The translations under genes were made by a program, and so were the position numbers. Below, piece by piece: positions 51,969 through 64,000 of a DNA stretch of 64,000 bases. The stretch lies in assembly GCA_964188305.1 (NCBI GenBank), contig OZ076889.1; one strand, written 5' to 3'. Position 1 is the stretch's first letter; each line of letters opens with the position of its first letter. The notes under the pieces were generated by a model. That model ran no database searches. It was not told the DNA's origin and saw only the letters and a program-made list of their open reading frames with translations. The stretch comes from Podarcis bocagei. Its lineage: Eukaryota.

Positions 51969-53994
51969 TACTATGTTAACCACTAATTCTTTATGAAACA
52001 CAAGCAACAGGCTTTTTCCTTCTCAACTTTATTCAATATTTAACTTTTCTTCAGCAAACCAGTGGAGGATCAGTTGTTGGACAAAGTGGGGCATACCCTC
52101 CTAATATTCTGAGTCTCAGTCTCTCCCCCCCGCCCCACGTCCCAAATCTGCAAAGCCATAGTTCAGCCTTTCTACTGTCACCCGCAGTCATCATTAATGC
52201 ATTTACCACTGAATGAGATGCTTACTAGATTTTTCTGCTTATCTCTGCTTAGCCAATCAAAATAATCACTACCAGAATGTCTCGAGTATCTTTCTCCCAC
52301 AGAAATTGCTTTGGTGCGGCAATGGATTGTTTTGCTCACTTTCCTCCCCATTTTCCTCAGGAGTGATGGGGGGAGCTAAGATTTAGAATGAGTAGTGGGG
52401 GGGGGTGTCCACTAGTAGCGCTCTCTGTTAATCAGCCCATCCTAAGCCAATTAGCACCATGCATTCTTCACAAGCCAATCAGAACCATGTTTTTTTCCTG
52501 TGCTGCCATCTGCAGCATGTGCCAGAAAGATAGATACTCAGAGTGGGACCCTTGTTTACTTATCTTTTGTGTAAGCATGGAAGGGGGGGAAATATTAACC
52601 TAAAGTATATTTTTAATAATATTTAAAATGCATAATGTGTTCTGATTTTCATTTAGGGTTTTAACTAAATTAAAGGGAGGTGATATAACTACAGTTAATA
52701 AATTAACACCAGTTACCCAGGAATAAGCACTATTGAATTCATTAGGACTTATTTCAGAGTAGACAGGTAGCTAACAGAATTAGATTGTTCATGTTGCTGC
52801 TCTTCTATAACCAGCTTATCTTATTGAATCAATTAAAGCAAGTGAGCCTGTTTTCTTTTCATGCCATTCATGATTCTTCTCTTCCACATTTTATCCTCAC
52901 AACCCAATGAATAGCCCAAGGTCACCAGGGCATTTCATAATTGAGCAGTGGTTTTAACCCTGGTTTCCTACACCCTAGTCCATTTAATATTCCTCTGCAT
53001 TCTGGAAAGAAGGCAAAGTAGTAAGTAAGTTGGAGAGGGGAGGACAATCTTTTTCCATAAGCCTGGAAGGTTAGGGGGACATTTGGCACCTTTAAGAGTA
53101 ACCAATTCACGTTCCAATCCTAGGTGGAAGCCATCCCAACAGAATTTAGTAAGACTTGCTTCCGAGTAATGTATGGCTGTTGTGACATTAACTCACACTA
53201 TGAATTTTGACAGCAGGACCCTTCCTTAGCTATGGTTAGACACTTTTCAGTTTACTTAGGCACCAAGTACTCCTATAACTGCAATGCATTTGTTTCAACA
53301 CCTCTGCAAGCGAGGAGGGTGAATAGAAAATCAGAACTTTGTCCTGTCAATGCGACCTCCTTGGTCCCACCCATGTGACTTTATTGGCCCCACCTACATG
53401 ACCCCCTTGGCCACAGGTAACCCTATCTGGTCAAGGAACTACCAAATGTCACTGTAGCAAATCTAGTGTTTTAAAAAATATTGTATACAACTTCAGACGT
53501 CCTTCATCCCTTTCAGAACATTACAGAAAGAGGCTGACAAGCTTACCTGGACTTGCTGCTGCCACATAAAGCTTGGTGTATGTACCTTTGCATGAGGTTC
53601 CAGGGAGTAGCAACAACATATCTATAGGGTGCATCCCCAAGTGTTTCTCCTTTCTATGGTTTTTTCCCCCAGTCAAACTGGGGCCATTACATAAAATGTC
53701 AAGCAGCTCTGAAAGTAACAAGTTGCTTCTCTTGCCTACATTGTGTGTTCCCACTACAGTTCAGTGCATCTGTCAACTATCATGGAACTCTAAGGAACAA
53801 TGTTTTATTACTGGAACTTCAATTATTCTTTCCTATAAAATCAATGCATATGAGGTAATATTACCCAGTAGTGACCGGTTTAATGATTATGGGAAAGAGG
53901 TTGTGTTTATTTGTAGCAGGGATTTGTGATAACAAAATAGTAAAAAGGTAATCAGCAAAACAGTGGGTGGAAGACACTGCGGAAGAACTATATG

Positions 53995-54121
53995 CAGTGC
54001 TTTTGGGGGGTAAAAAAAGTGAGGTGTCAGTACTTATATATTGATATAAGTGTCATAGGTGCCAGCACAAATTGGGTGCCACAGGCAGCAAAAAGTGAGT
54101 GGTGTCATGAAAAAAGCCCTG
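53995..54121. mobile_element. Short hAT MITE
   Basis: cagtgctttt ... aaaagccctg. TSD actatatg/actacatg. Confidence 0.65.
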
Positions 54122-54529
54122 ACTACATGTATATTTTGGGCTACAGCTGAAAAGTTGTATAAAATATAATCTCTTTTTGTTCTGTGTTATGTTCTATACT
54201 TCTAAAAGCCACAAACTAGAAGTGCACAGTATTTTGATTTGACAGTCCAAACTATATCTTACAAAATAACAGCAAAACAGAACTCTGGATAAGGTTATGT
54301 TGGTGTTAATTTTCAATTCTTTGTTTCTAAATGTACACAACAGCACAATGGAGAAGAAATCTGATTAAATTTGTAGTGAAACTGACTAGTTAGCAAGCAT
54401 CAAAAAGAACACTATGGGTTTAGGGTATGAATGGATTTCCCTCACACCGCACAAAACATGAGAATTTAGATAATAGTTAATTGTACAGTAAAACCTAAAA
54501 CACAGGCCATATGGATGTGGAATGCTATA

Positions 54530-54774
54530 CAGTCATACCTCGGGTTACGAATGCTGCGGGTTGTACATTTTCGGGTTGTGGACCGCACTGAACCCAGAAG
54601 TACCAGAACGGGTTACTTCCAGGTTTCGGCACTTGCGCATGCACAGAAACGCAAAATAATGTCACGCGCATGCACAGAAGCACCAGATCTCATCACGTGT
54701 GTGCGCAGACGCAGCGCTGTGGGTTGCGAACGTGCCTCCCACACAGATCATGTTTGCAACCCGAGGTATGACTG
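54530..54774. mobile_element. Tc1/mariner-pogo MITE, family D
   Basis: TA|cagtcatacctcgggtt ... aacccgaggtatgactg|TA. Confidence 0.88.
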
Positions 54775-54794
54775 TACTATGCTTTTCATTACAG

Positions 54795-55015
54795 TAGGGT
54801 AGCTGTATGTCTGGAATTTCCCAGACATAACCGGGATTCGGTCGTCAGATACAGTGTCTGGGTGGGAATTGGATAAATGTCCAGGAAAATCTGGATGTGT
54901 GGCAACCCATGTCGGAAGTGTAGATTTTGGTGAATTTCACTAAAAATAGCTCAAAAACTAAGAGCTCAACAACTTTTGTGTCTGGATTTTCACTTTTTGA
55001 AATATGGTGACCCTA
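54795..55015. mobile_element. hAT (Blackjack-like) MITE, second copy
   Basis: tagggt ... atatggtgacccta. TSD cattacag/cattactg. Interior colinear with 24850..25093. Confidence 0.8.
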
Positions 55016-57951
55016 CATTACTGTTGGGACAAAACAACAGCCAAGCTTCTTAGGATTTGTTTACTTAGCTACTAATGACCAAAATCAACTGTAGCTTACA
55101 GGTGTACTTGTGCCGTTGTACGAAGTGCACACAAAAAGACTCATAGAAATTAGTAAATGTTAACTGCATTTTCATTCTTGCTTTAGCTTAATTATGAGCC
55201 ATACAAAAAAAACTCTGTTTGAGAAGAGCCTTGCTTTTTTCCCTGAGGTTGAGTGCTAAGTAAATTAGTTTTTTAAAAAAGGCAAGAACACAGCCAACAT
55301 TTTTTTCTTAATCTAATTAAGAAAATTTAAATAGAGGCGGTGACCATTTTGTGCATGTCCAATTGACATGCAACTGCTGACACGTGCATTGGTCTCAGGC
55401 CCGGGACAGGGGTGGAACGGGCTTACGCAGAAATGCTGACATGCACAATGACCCTGAACTCAACCCCTGCACAAACGGGGAGTTGCCTGTATTTTAATGT
55501 AATTAGTCTCTTCTATTTTCTGAGGAAGCTGAAACTTCATATGCTCAATTTAAAAAACCTCTTGACACAAATATAGTTTAGAAAAGGCAAAGCTAATAAA
55601 TAGGCTTTATGGAGCCTAAGCTCTTGGCATATGGGCACATTGTAAAATATAATTTACAATGCAGTGCAGGCTAAGAAGCTGCTGAGCAGTAACAGCCTCA
55701 ACTAAAGCTGAAGTTCTATTTTCATTGTGAAAATAGAGCCCATTTCAAGACAGCCTAAAACAGGAGTGGGCAGAAGGTAGATCAGAACCTACTGAAAGAT
55801 CTCTATGTGATTTGAAGCAGATCAGCAAGAATTTCTGACTCCCAGTTTAACAATGACAACAAAATTACTCTGCCATCCTGCTGAATCTGCAGAAGCCAAA
55901 AAAAAAAAAAAAGTTTGTGTGTTTCTGTTTGTGAAAGGGTTGTAATTTCAGTTCAGTTTTGGCATAAAATAAAACTTCTAGTCTCAGAATTCTTTAATTC
56001 TAAGCATCTGCTTCTTGCATCTGTCTCTAGTTGGTGAGTGACAAGTTCTAGCAAAAAACAACAACAAAGTTCCTGCAAGCATGAAGCCTGCCTACCCCAG
56101 TCTATAGAGAAGTAGCACTTCCTGAAGATAAAAAATTGGTAATCAGCTTATTTCCTAGCAATCCGTAGGTCTGGCAGACCTCTGCAAATATGGCTTCCAA
56201 TACATTGTTATTTCTTCTCATTGCTTCCTGACATGCAATGAAACTAGAAACACCACAAAGGTTGCTTTTTGTGTGATCATAGATACAATCCATGTTGGTC
56301 CATAGAAAAGTAAGCACAACAACATAAGACTAAAACCAAAACAATTCTCATACCTTCAGGTTTATAGCGCTGTAGATACATACATAGAAACTTTATTTGC
56401 ATTAGCCACTAGCCATAGCAATAACGGTGTAGATACCATCAAGAGCATGTATAGAATCTATGGTCTTCTGCACAAATAAAATTATGTTCATTTATACACA
56501 TACAGACATTATACACATTTCAGGTAAATCAGCTGCAAATAAGTTAATGCTGATATTGCCTTAGAAAGGCAAAGCCAAGTAATATGTCCCAGAACATGTG
56601 AAAAGCTACCAATGAAGGACAGCTTTAGCATTTGAGAAGGGTAAAAGGAAAATATGAAGTCATATTCTTCTCAGTAGCCAAGAGCAGTAAAAACCGTAAG
56701 ATTCAGTTTATGAATTACATGACCACATTGGACCACAAGTCTTAAGGGAATCTAAAACCAATGCATAATTAAGGTAATATATTACTTGTCACTATCCTTC
56801 CTATAAACCAAAACCAGGGCTCCACAAGATAGCAATTACTACACAGAGAGAAAAGCCAGGGCAGTTTATGATGCTTGGCTAATTTGGTCAGCAGCTTCAT
56901 GCCACAGAATTAGAGGTTTGTAAGTTCACTGTTATTTCATTCCACATATACATAATATAGTAGGCTTGCCTGTTAAGAGCTTGGCAGCACCAATATCGAA
57001 GACTTGAAAATTTAATGCTATTCTTATTAATCTGAATTCAAAGTAATAAAATAAAGTCGCATGCCTTACAAATTACCTAACCAAATGCATGGCCTTTCCT
57101 TAACAAGGAATATTATCTGGACATGGACTAAAGACATAGCAATCTTTGCAGAAATATGTACCCTGGCTGCCTTTCCTTTCAAAAAAATCAGACAGCTCAC
57201 TTTCATCTTGAATGGATTACGATGGAAAGGTTAGCAGCACAGACTGAAAACTAGATCCTAAGCAGTCAGGTAAAGATCAGCTGGGAATCTGGAACAAGCT
57301 TGGGATCTGAAGCTCTGAAACAAAACATGGATGACTAAAGAATCATCCATGTATTTTCAAGAAAGCAAAACATGTTTTGAAGAAGAGTCCTCTTCTTCCA
57401 CAGATAAATTAATGCTGCTTTAAAAAAAGAATGTGTAGTTTCATTTTTCACCATATACAGTAGTGGCAGCATTTACCAGAAACTTTTCCAATTCACCTGA
57501 CAAATTTTTGCCGCTGCATATAACTTTTCTTATTATATATAAGCACTGCAAATTCATACTAACAAAAAAACTATTGCTCTAGCAACGTGTGATCTTTAGT
57601 TAGTGCAAGAACAAGAATTCTATATTTAATGCCCCAAAATCTGTCAGATCAGAATTAAAGCTATCTCATGTTGGCTCGGGCTCCACAAAGCTGAGAAACT
57701 GAAAATCAAAGCAGGTGCTCTAACAGGATGTTTGCATTTTAAAGTATTTACAGTGGTGATATCCTATAGATTTGTGTACAGTACTTGCAATACAAACCAT
57801 ATATAGTATATTACAAGCTTCAGTTGCAAAAAGCATTGCTTCACATGACTTGTTGCAAGGCAAATGAGCATGTATTCTAAAGACAGACTAGGAACAAATT
57901 AGGAATTATAGAAAGGTCCATGCAGAAGGCAAAAGGGAAAGTTGCAAAGTA

Positions 57952-58167
57952 CAGTTGTATCTTGGATCCCAAGCACCCTGGAACTCAGATGTTTTGGCTC
58001 CCGAACGCCACAAACCTGGAAGTGATTGTTCCGGTTTGCAAATGTTCTTATGGAACCCAAACGTCCAACGCGGCTTCTGAATCAGAACCCAAGATTTGGT
58101 TTTCAAACGTTTTGGAAGTCAAACGGACTTCTGGAACAGATTCCTTTTGACTTCTAAGGTATGGCTG
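57952..58167. mobile_element. Degenerate Tc1/mariner-pogo MITE
   Basis: TA|cagttgtatcttgg ... ctaaggtatggctg|TA. Internal motifs shared with family B. Confidence 0.7.
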
Positions 58168-58649
58168 TACACTAAAAAAGGGGTGGGGGGAAAGTAGCAT
58201 GGGATAATTTGGTAAAGGTGTCTCAACATTAGACTAGAGCACTATAGTTATGCTTCCAGGCATTGCAAATTATGAGGCTTTGCTACATAGCAGTGATATA
58301 TATCTGATCTAAAATCAGAAGTGACAAATATCTGAGAATCCTTGGCACAAGTATTCTACACACCCAGTCAAGCTGGCAGTGTTTCCAGTCCTGGATGCAG
58401 CTGATCTACATAATAGGGAGAGTCCATGGGCTGGCTTTACATAAGCTGCACAAAGATGCACAAATGAGTTGCAGTTCTGGCTGCTCTACAGCCTGCGTTA
58501 CGCATCACATTTTTCCTAGATGACCTCTGTGTGGAGAACTGCATATGCAACATGTGTCTCACAATATGTCATGATTACACATGTTTGGAAACCATACAAG
58601 TCCCCAATGTGCAAACTGTAACAGCACAAAACATTTTCTGTTAAAATTA

Positions 58650-59541
58650 CCGTATTTTTCGCACCATAGGACGCACTTTTTCCCTCCTAAAAAGCAAGGG
58701 AAAATGTGTGTGCGTCCTATGGAGCGAATGCAGGGGGGGAGGCAGGCGGGAAAAGCCCTCAAGAGCCGCACACAAGCTTCGTGCGCTCTTGCGGGCTTTT
58801 CTCCAAGAGGGAGAAGGGACTGACTGGCCGCATCAGTCCCTTCTCCCTCCTGGGGGAAAAGCCCCCAAGAGCGGCACCCTCTTTAAAGGCTGTGCGGCTC
58901 CTGCAGGCTTTTCTACGAGGTGGGGGAATGCCCCCACCTCCCAGAAAAGCCAGGAGAAGCCGCACAGCCCCTTTAAAGAGCGCGCAGCTTCTGCGGGAGG
59001 TGGGGGAAGCTGCAGCGGATTCCCTCCTCCCGGGCTCCCTTTGAAGCGGCAATGTGGGAGGGGAGCAGCTTACACTCATGTAAGCAGCTCCTCTCCCACT
59101 TTCCTGCTTCAAAGTGGAGGGAATCCACTGCAGTTGCGAGCAGAGGATCCATGGCTCCGCTTCCTTCCCTCGAAGCAGGGTGCGGGGGTGCAGGAGGGAA
59201 AGAGGGCAGGAAATAGATGCCGGGCAGGAAGACACAACCACACTTTGACCACTGAAACTCCACCTCAGCCTCCCCAGATTTCCACTGAGACAGCCAGGCT
59301 AATCTCGATGGCCATAAGTCAGGCTCAGCATTATTAACTGGACTTAGATAAGCCATGGTTCCCCTTCCTACCCTCCTCTGAGGCTCAGTTTAAAGCAACA
59401 AAGCGGACAGGAGCCGCCCGCTTTGCTCCTTTAAATAGTTTAGTGCAACATTTGATTCAGAATATTTTCCCCCGTATTTTCCTCCTCTAAAAACTAGGTG
59501 CGCCCTATGGTCAGGTGCGCCCTATGGAGCGAAAAATACGG
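58650..59541. mobile_element. Tc2/pogo-like non-autonomous DNA transposon with GC-rich interior
   Basis: TA|ccgtatttttcgcaccataggacgcac ... gtgcgccctatggagcgaaaaatacgg|TA. Confidence 0.88.
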
Positions 59542-59692
59542 TACTAGTACATTTACAGGATGTCTCATAAAACTGATGCAAGCAGTTTAAACTTGTTTCA
59601 CAAATTATGATTGGAAATTGATTACAGTACATTGTTAACAAGGTCCTATCAACTAATGGTAAATAGAAATACTAACTAGGTAGGATTATTAA

Positions 59693-60280
59693 GGTGGGGG
59701 TCTTGTAGAAAGGTTAAAGCTTACTGGGAAATGGTATGTAATGAACTGAAAAAAGATGTTTAAAATAACATTTGTAAAAAAACCAAAAAACCCAGAAGCT
59801 TTCCTTTGAGGAATTATAGGGATAGAACTACCAAACTGTATAGAAATTTATTAATGTATGTGATTACAGAGGCAATAACGTGCCCAAAAATGGAAAGAAG
59901 TCGTCGTCCCAGCAAAAAAAGAATGGATACAAAACTTATGGAATATGCAGAAATGGTGAAACTTACCAGAAAACTAAGAAATCAAGATAACAAACATTTT
60001 ACAAAAGAATGTAAATGGTTTATGGAATATTTACAAACAAACTGTAAACAGATAAGAACATTGGCAGGATTATTGTAATAGCCTGCAGCTTTATAAGAGT
60101 ATATATTTAAAGTAGATTAGTAAATGAGCAAATTAAGTTAATTTGGATTTGTAGAAAATATAAAAAATAAATTTAAAGAACTACAGAAAGGGGGGGAGGA
60201 AGTCAAGTTTTGAAATGGTAAAATGATTGTAAAATTATTGAAATCTATAAAACTGAAAATCATAAATAATAATATAAAAG
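59693..60280 (+). mobile_element. 5'-truncated L1/Tx1-type LINE 3' end
   Basis: A-rich degenerate ORF2 tail (ORF 59806..60078) and A-rich 3' end. TSD ggattattaa at 59683-59692 and 60281-60290. Confidence 0.7.
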
Positions 60281-60344
60281 GGATTATTAAATTAGGGGAA
60301 GAAGAGATGTGTATTGTAAGCAGGACCAGACAAATTTTAAACAT

Positions 60345-60517
60345 TGTTTATTACATTTATATTCCACCTTTTCTCCAAAGAGCTCAAGGTGGCATACATG
60401 GATCTCCTGCTCCTCATTTTATCCTCACAACAAATTTGTGAGAAAGGTTAAGCTGAGAGACAGTGACTGACCCAAGGTTAACCACTGAGCTTCATGGCTG
60501 AGTGGGGATTTGAACCC
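60345..60517 (-). mobile_element. MIR-like CORE-SINE fragment
   Basis: ttttatcctcacaac...gtgactgacccaagg...gggatttgaaccc core motif. A weaker copy lies near 52885-52980. Confidence 0.65.
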
Positions 60518-60779
60518 AACTAAGTCATAAGCAAAGCCGATCACTAAAATCAATTACTTAAGTGATTTCAGTGAGTCTACCCTGAGTGCAACTTAGTTAG
60601 ATACCACCCTTTGTATTTTCTAATTTCTTAGCTATTCTGTTGTTTGTAAAAGATATTGCTTCAGGCCACTCTGTTTAGATGTCCCTAAAATTGTTGTATA
60701 TAAGCACAACTGGATTTCAGAATTAGCTGAAATCCCTTGCATATAATTTTTGTTATGATGTCTCTGAATTAAATTTAGT

Positions 60780-62210
60780 TGTTGTGTTAGTCACTTTCTT
60801 CACAAAGGTGACCAACAACATACAAAAACAGTATAAACACTAAAACTGATTATGACAAACACAACCAATAAAAAGCTAAAAGCATGCCTATATAGCCTGG
60901 AAGAAAGAAAAACACATCACAGTAGACAAGATAGGTCTTACAGATTCTGCCCACTAAACAAAGCCACAAATTCAAATCAAGGACCCTGAAAAAACAGTTT
61001 TTGCCTGGCACCTAAAAATAGATAAAGATGGCACCGGGCATGCCTCTTTATGGAGAGTATCCCACAAGCAAGGAGCCACCAGTGAAAAGGCCCATTCTCG
61101 TGCTGCCACTCTCTGAATTTGCTATGGAGGGGTCAGATGGAGAAGGATTCAGATTATGAATGCTGGGTCCAAGTTGGTTCATGAGGGGAGAGGTGGTCTT
61201 TGAGGCATTGGGATCCTGAGCTGCAGAATACTTCATAGGTTAAATGGAGAACTTGAATTGGAGACTTGAAACTAACTGGCAGCCAGTTTTGTTGTTCCAG
61301 AATTGGTGTTACATGTACAGACCACTCTGCCCCAGTCAACAATCTGGCAGCTGAATTTGTAATAGCTGTCGTTTCTGAACCAGCTTCAAAGGCAGCCCCC
61401 TGCAGAGCTTGTATGAGGTCTGGGGTGGGAGTCTTGTTAGAATAAAGTTATAAACTCAAACAAAGAAGCAACCTGTTCTTGGTGCAGGGCACCCAACCAA
61501 CTTAGCCTTCCAAGGCCGGAGAGAAGTGTACTCAGCTGCCCCCACACTCTGCACAGGCTTGTTCAAAGGAAGCCCCCCCCCCCAACGCATTGCAGTAATT
61601 TAACCTAGTGGTAACCACAGAATAAAGGTAAAGGTATAGGGACCCCTGACCATTAGGTCCAGTCGTGGACAACTCTGGGGTTGCGGTGCTCATCTCGCTT
61701 TATTGGCCGAGGGAGCTGGCGTACAGCTTCCAGGTCATGTGGCCAGCATGACTATGCCACTTCTGGAGAACTAGAGCAGCACATGGAAATGCTGTTTACT
61801 TTCCCGTCAGAGCGGTACCTATTTATTTACTTGCACTTTGATGTGCTTTCGAACTGCTGGGACCGAGCAACGGGAGCTCACCCCGTCGTGGGGATTCATA
61901 CCGCCAACCTTCTGATTGGCAAGTCCTAGGCTCTGTAGTTTAACCCACAGCGCCACCCGTGTCCCAAGCAAACCACAGAATAGTTAACAAAGTTGGTGGA
62001 AGACACTCAGTGCCACCAAAGCCACTTGAGCCTCCAACAACCGGAACTGATTCAGAAGTACCTCCAAGCTGCATATCTACTCTGATCCCATCCATCTGGT
62101 CAAGGGAACCACCCACTAAGTGCCTTTGTCTTGTTTGGATAGATCTTCAGATTATTGGCTCTCATCCAGCCCATTACCAGGTGAGACATGGTGAGAACAC
62201 CCATTCATAA
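60780..62210 (-). mobile_element. L2 LINE 3' fragment, interrupted by insertions
   Basis: Degenerate ORF2 C-terminal peptide (LTGAEWSVHVTPILEQQNWLPV, ORF 61154..61342) typical of L2. Split by the Sauria SINE and a ~175-bp insert. Confidence 0.7.
61625..61965 (-). mobile_element. Sauria SINE
   Basis: aaggtaaaggt tail (ACCTTT repeats on the minus strand) and diagnostic body ggtcatgtggccagcatgact...cggtacctatttat. 12-bp TSD aaccacagaata at 61613-61624 and 61971-61982. Confidence 0.9.
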
Positions 62211-63647
62211 ATAAGTAAAAATAAGTATTAAGTACTGTTCTGCTCATTTGCTTGAATGGGACAGACGGTCCTTTAAAATAATCAAAGCCATACAAAGTGG
62301 AGTCTAAAGTTGTTCTACACCTGAAAAAATGAATATATACAAGTTAAACATGATTCTGAAACTGGCATGCCAGCATTTCACATCCTGGCAGAGGCGTCAC
62401 ACATCCTACTCCAACCTTCAAGTACAAAAGCAATCTATTCACATTATGTAAAATTTAGTGTGCTTTGACTGCTGCACACTGCATTCACGTCAGCTGAATA
62501 TTTATGAGCAGATTACAGAAACAAATTTACCACTTTAGCCTTCAGCTAAGTTTAAAGGCATTCAAATATTTATACTAACTACAGCCCACTTCAGACATAA
62601 GTTCAATCCTTAATTTATTCCACAGTGAAGTGAAGCAATAAGCAAGGTTCTGCTATATTATGTTTTGCTTCTTCCTTTGATATTTCTACACCCTGCTTTT
62701 AAGCCATTGTCAGGGTGCCGACTTCAGCCTTTGCCATTCAACAAGTCTACAAATTGAAGCAGGATCTGAGGTATATAGTGTGCCCCATGGGCTCGGAAAA
62801 GGCTCTTACTGACAAGCCAGTAGTATCTGTCATACTAAAGGGCTCAAGGTAGGGCAGAACTCTGCCTTATGCAGCTTCAGATTGGGAACAAAAGTGAGCA
62901 CCTATAAACAAGTCATTCCTTCCCATTTTAACCTAACTTATACACAGTGCTGGTTTTCTAGAAAAAGATGCCGGAACTCACCATGAACACCATCCTTGTT
63001 CTCTTATAATGATAGGATCAATATATTAACACAGGATTTTCATGAAAGTATCAAGGTATTTTAAAAGAACATAAATTTCTAATGATGCCTAGTGTAGACA
63101 TAACTTCAACTTAGCTAACTATTTAAGAAATTATGAGTAAATTTCAATCTCCCCACACTTGAGTTATTTCCCTCTCCTTGTCAGTGTTAATCATGAGATA
63201 GCTTTGCATCTGTTAAGAGTTACATTAAACATGGTTGCAAACCAGTGCTAAACTCCTGGTTAAAACGCTAACCTAACAACTTTAATGTGCCCTGGGTTAG
63301 ATTCAGATTAAGTTAACTATACTTATTTCCATATAAAATCAATGAAAGCAAAAAGAAGGTGCCTTGGTCCACAAGAAAAATATGCAAAAATCCACAACCT
63401 GGCAACAGCTTTATTAGGAGGAAGCAACATGTCACAAAATAATGAGCAAGCTTTCCTTTAGCTGTTTGGATGCTGTGCAGAGGCAGGGGGTTAGTGAAGA
63501 GAGGAAGAGCAAAAGTTTGGCTGGTCTGGATATAACTCAGCCTACAGATGGAGACTGCAGACCATACTGGATTAGTCTCTAGTCAGCGCAGGTTTCAGGT
63601 TATACCTAAATCTGTTCTGGGGGTTCCATGAACTATCTGGAGCAGAT

Positions 63648-63822
63648 AGATTCAGGTAGGTAGCCATGTTGGTCTGACACAGTCAAAATAAATAAAAAAT
63701 TGTCCAGTAGCACCTTAGAGACCAACTAAGTTTGTTCTGGGTATAAGCATGCATACGAAAGCTTATACCCAGAACAAACTTAGCTGGTCTCTAAGGTGCT
63801 ACTGGACAATTTTTTATTTATT
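63648..63822. mobile_element. Penelope-like element remnant with inverted terminal duplication
   Basis: gtagccatgttggtctg...tccagtagcaccttagagaccaactaagtttgttc in inverted copies. Flanking direct repeat tggagcagat at 63638-63647 and 63823-63832. Confidence 0.7.
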
Positions 63823-64000
63823 TGGAGCAGATGGGGAGAGGAAATTCTGTGTTGAAGGCAAAAATCCTTGCGCTAACAGGATGACTTTGTTGGATACCAG
63901 TCTTCATCTAGACTCAGCTAGATAATGGTTAATGCTGACAAGGAAAGAGGAATTTCACATGGGAGAAGAGGAAGGAGTATGATCTCCTATGAAAGGAAAA

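Noticed and set aside
56354-56372. 16-nt microexon candidate (cag|CGCTATAAACCTGAAG|gtatga)
   Set aside because: Frameshifting, and the acceptor side abuts a small duplicated insertion (tgtagatac repeat). No further support.
58706-59356. Four overlapping ORFs of up to 209 aa
   Set aside because: They lie inside a GC-rich TIR element where stop codons are rare, and show no transposase or other domain.
1-64000. Remaining short ORFs in the six-frame track; tRNA, rRNA or snoRNA genes
   Set aside because: The ORFs are short, often start at non-ATG codons and lack homology or splice context. I recognised no structured RNA gene by eye. An Infernal/Rfam scan would be needed to exclude small intronic RNAs.

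Overview
Eukaryotic DNA from a squamate reptile, probably a lacertid lizard (inferred from a Sauria SINE and lizard-type MITE, L2, CR1 and Penelope repeats). The window holds the 3' half of ANKS1A (Odin) on the minus strand. I reconstructed 13 coding exons by hand from GT/AG junctions, with continuous reading phase from 46392 down to 2812. They encode linker, SAM1, SAM2, PTB and the C-terminal tail, followed by a ~2.2-2.5 kb 3' UTR. The ankyrin-repeat exons lie beyond the right edge. About 95% of the window is intron, with many non-autonomous DNA transposons and LINE/SINE fragments. Most entries in the six-frame ORF track are noise. Main finding: the intron just upstream of the first SAM1 exon reads in frame as MMWQCHLS..., which matches my recollection of the N-terminus of the short synaptic AIDA-1 isoforms of the paralog ANKS1B. 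The penultimate exon can also read through to a -KYETTIF PDZ-ligand tail. Together these predict an ankyrin-less 'AIDA-1d-like' ANKS1A isoform (~479 aa) from an internal promoter. Several further candidate cassette exons, some with Rbfox motifs, are noted. No prokaryotic-type system, CRISPR array or RNA gene was found. Homology statements come from memory, not database searches.
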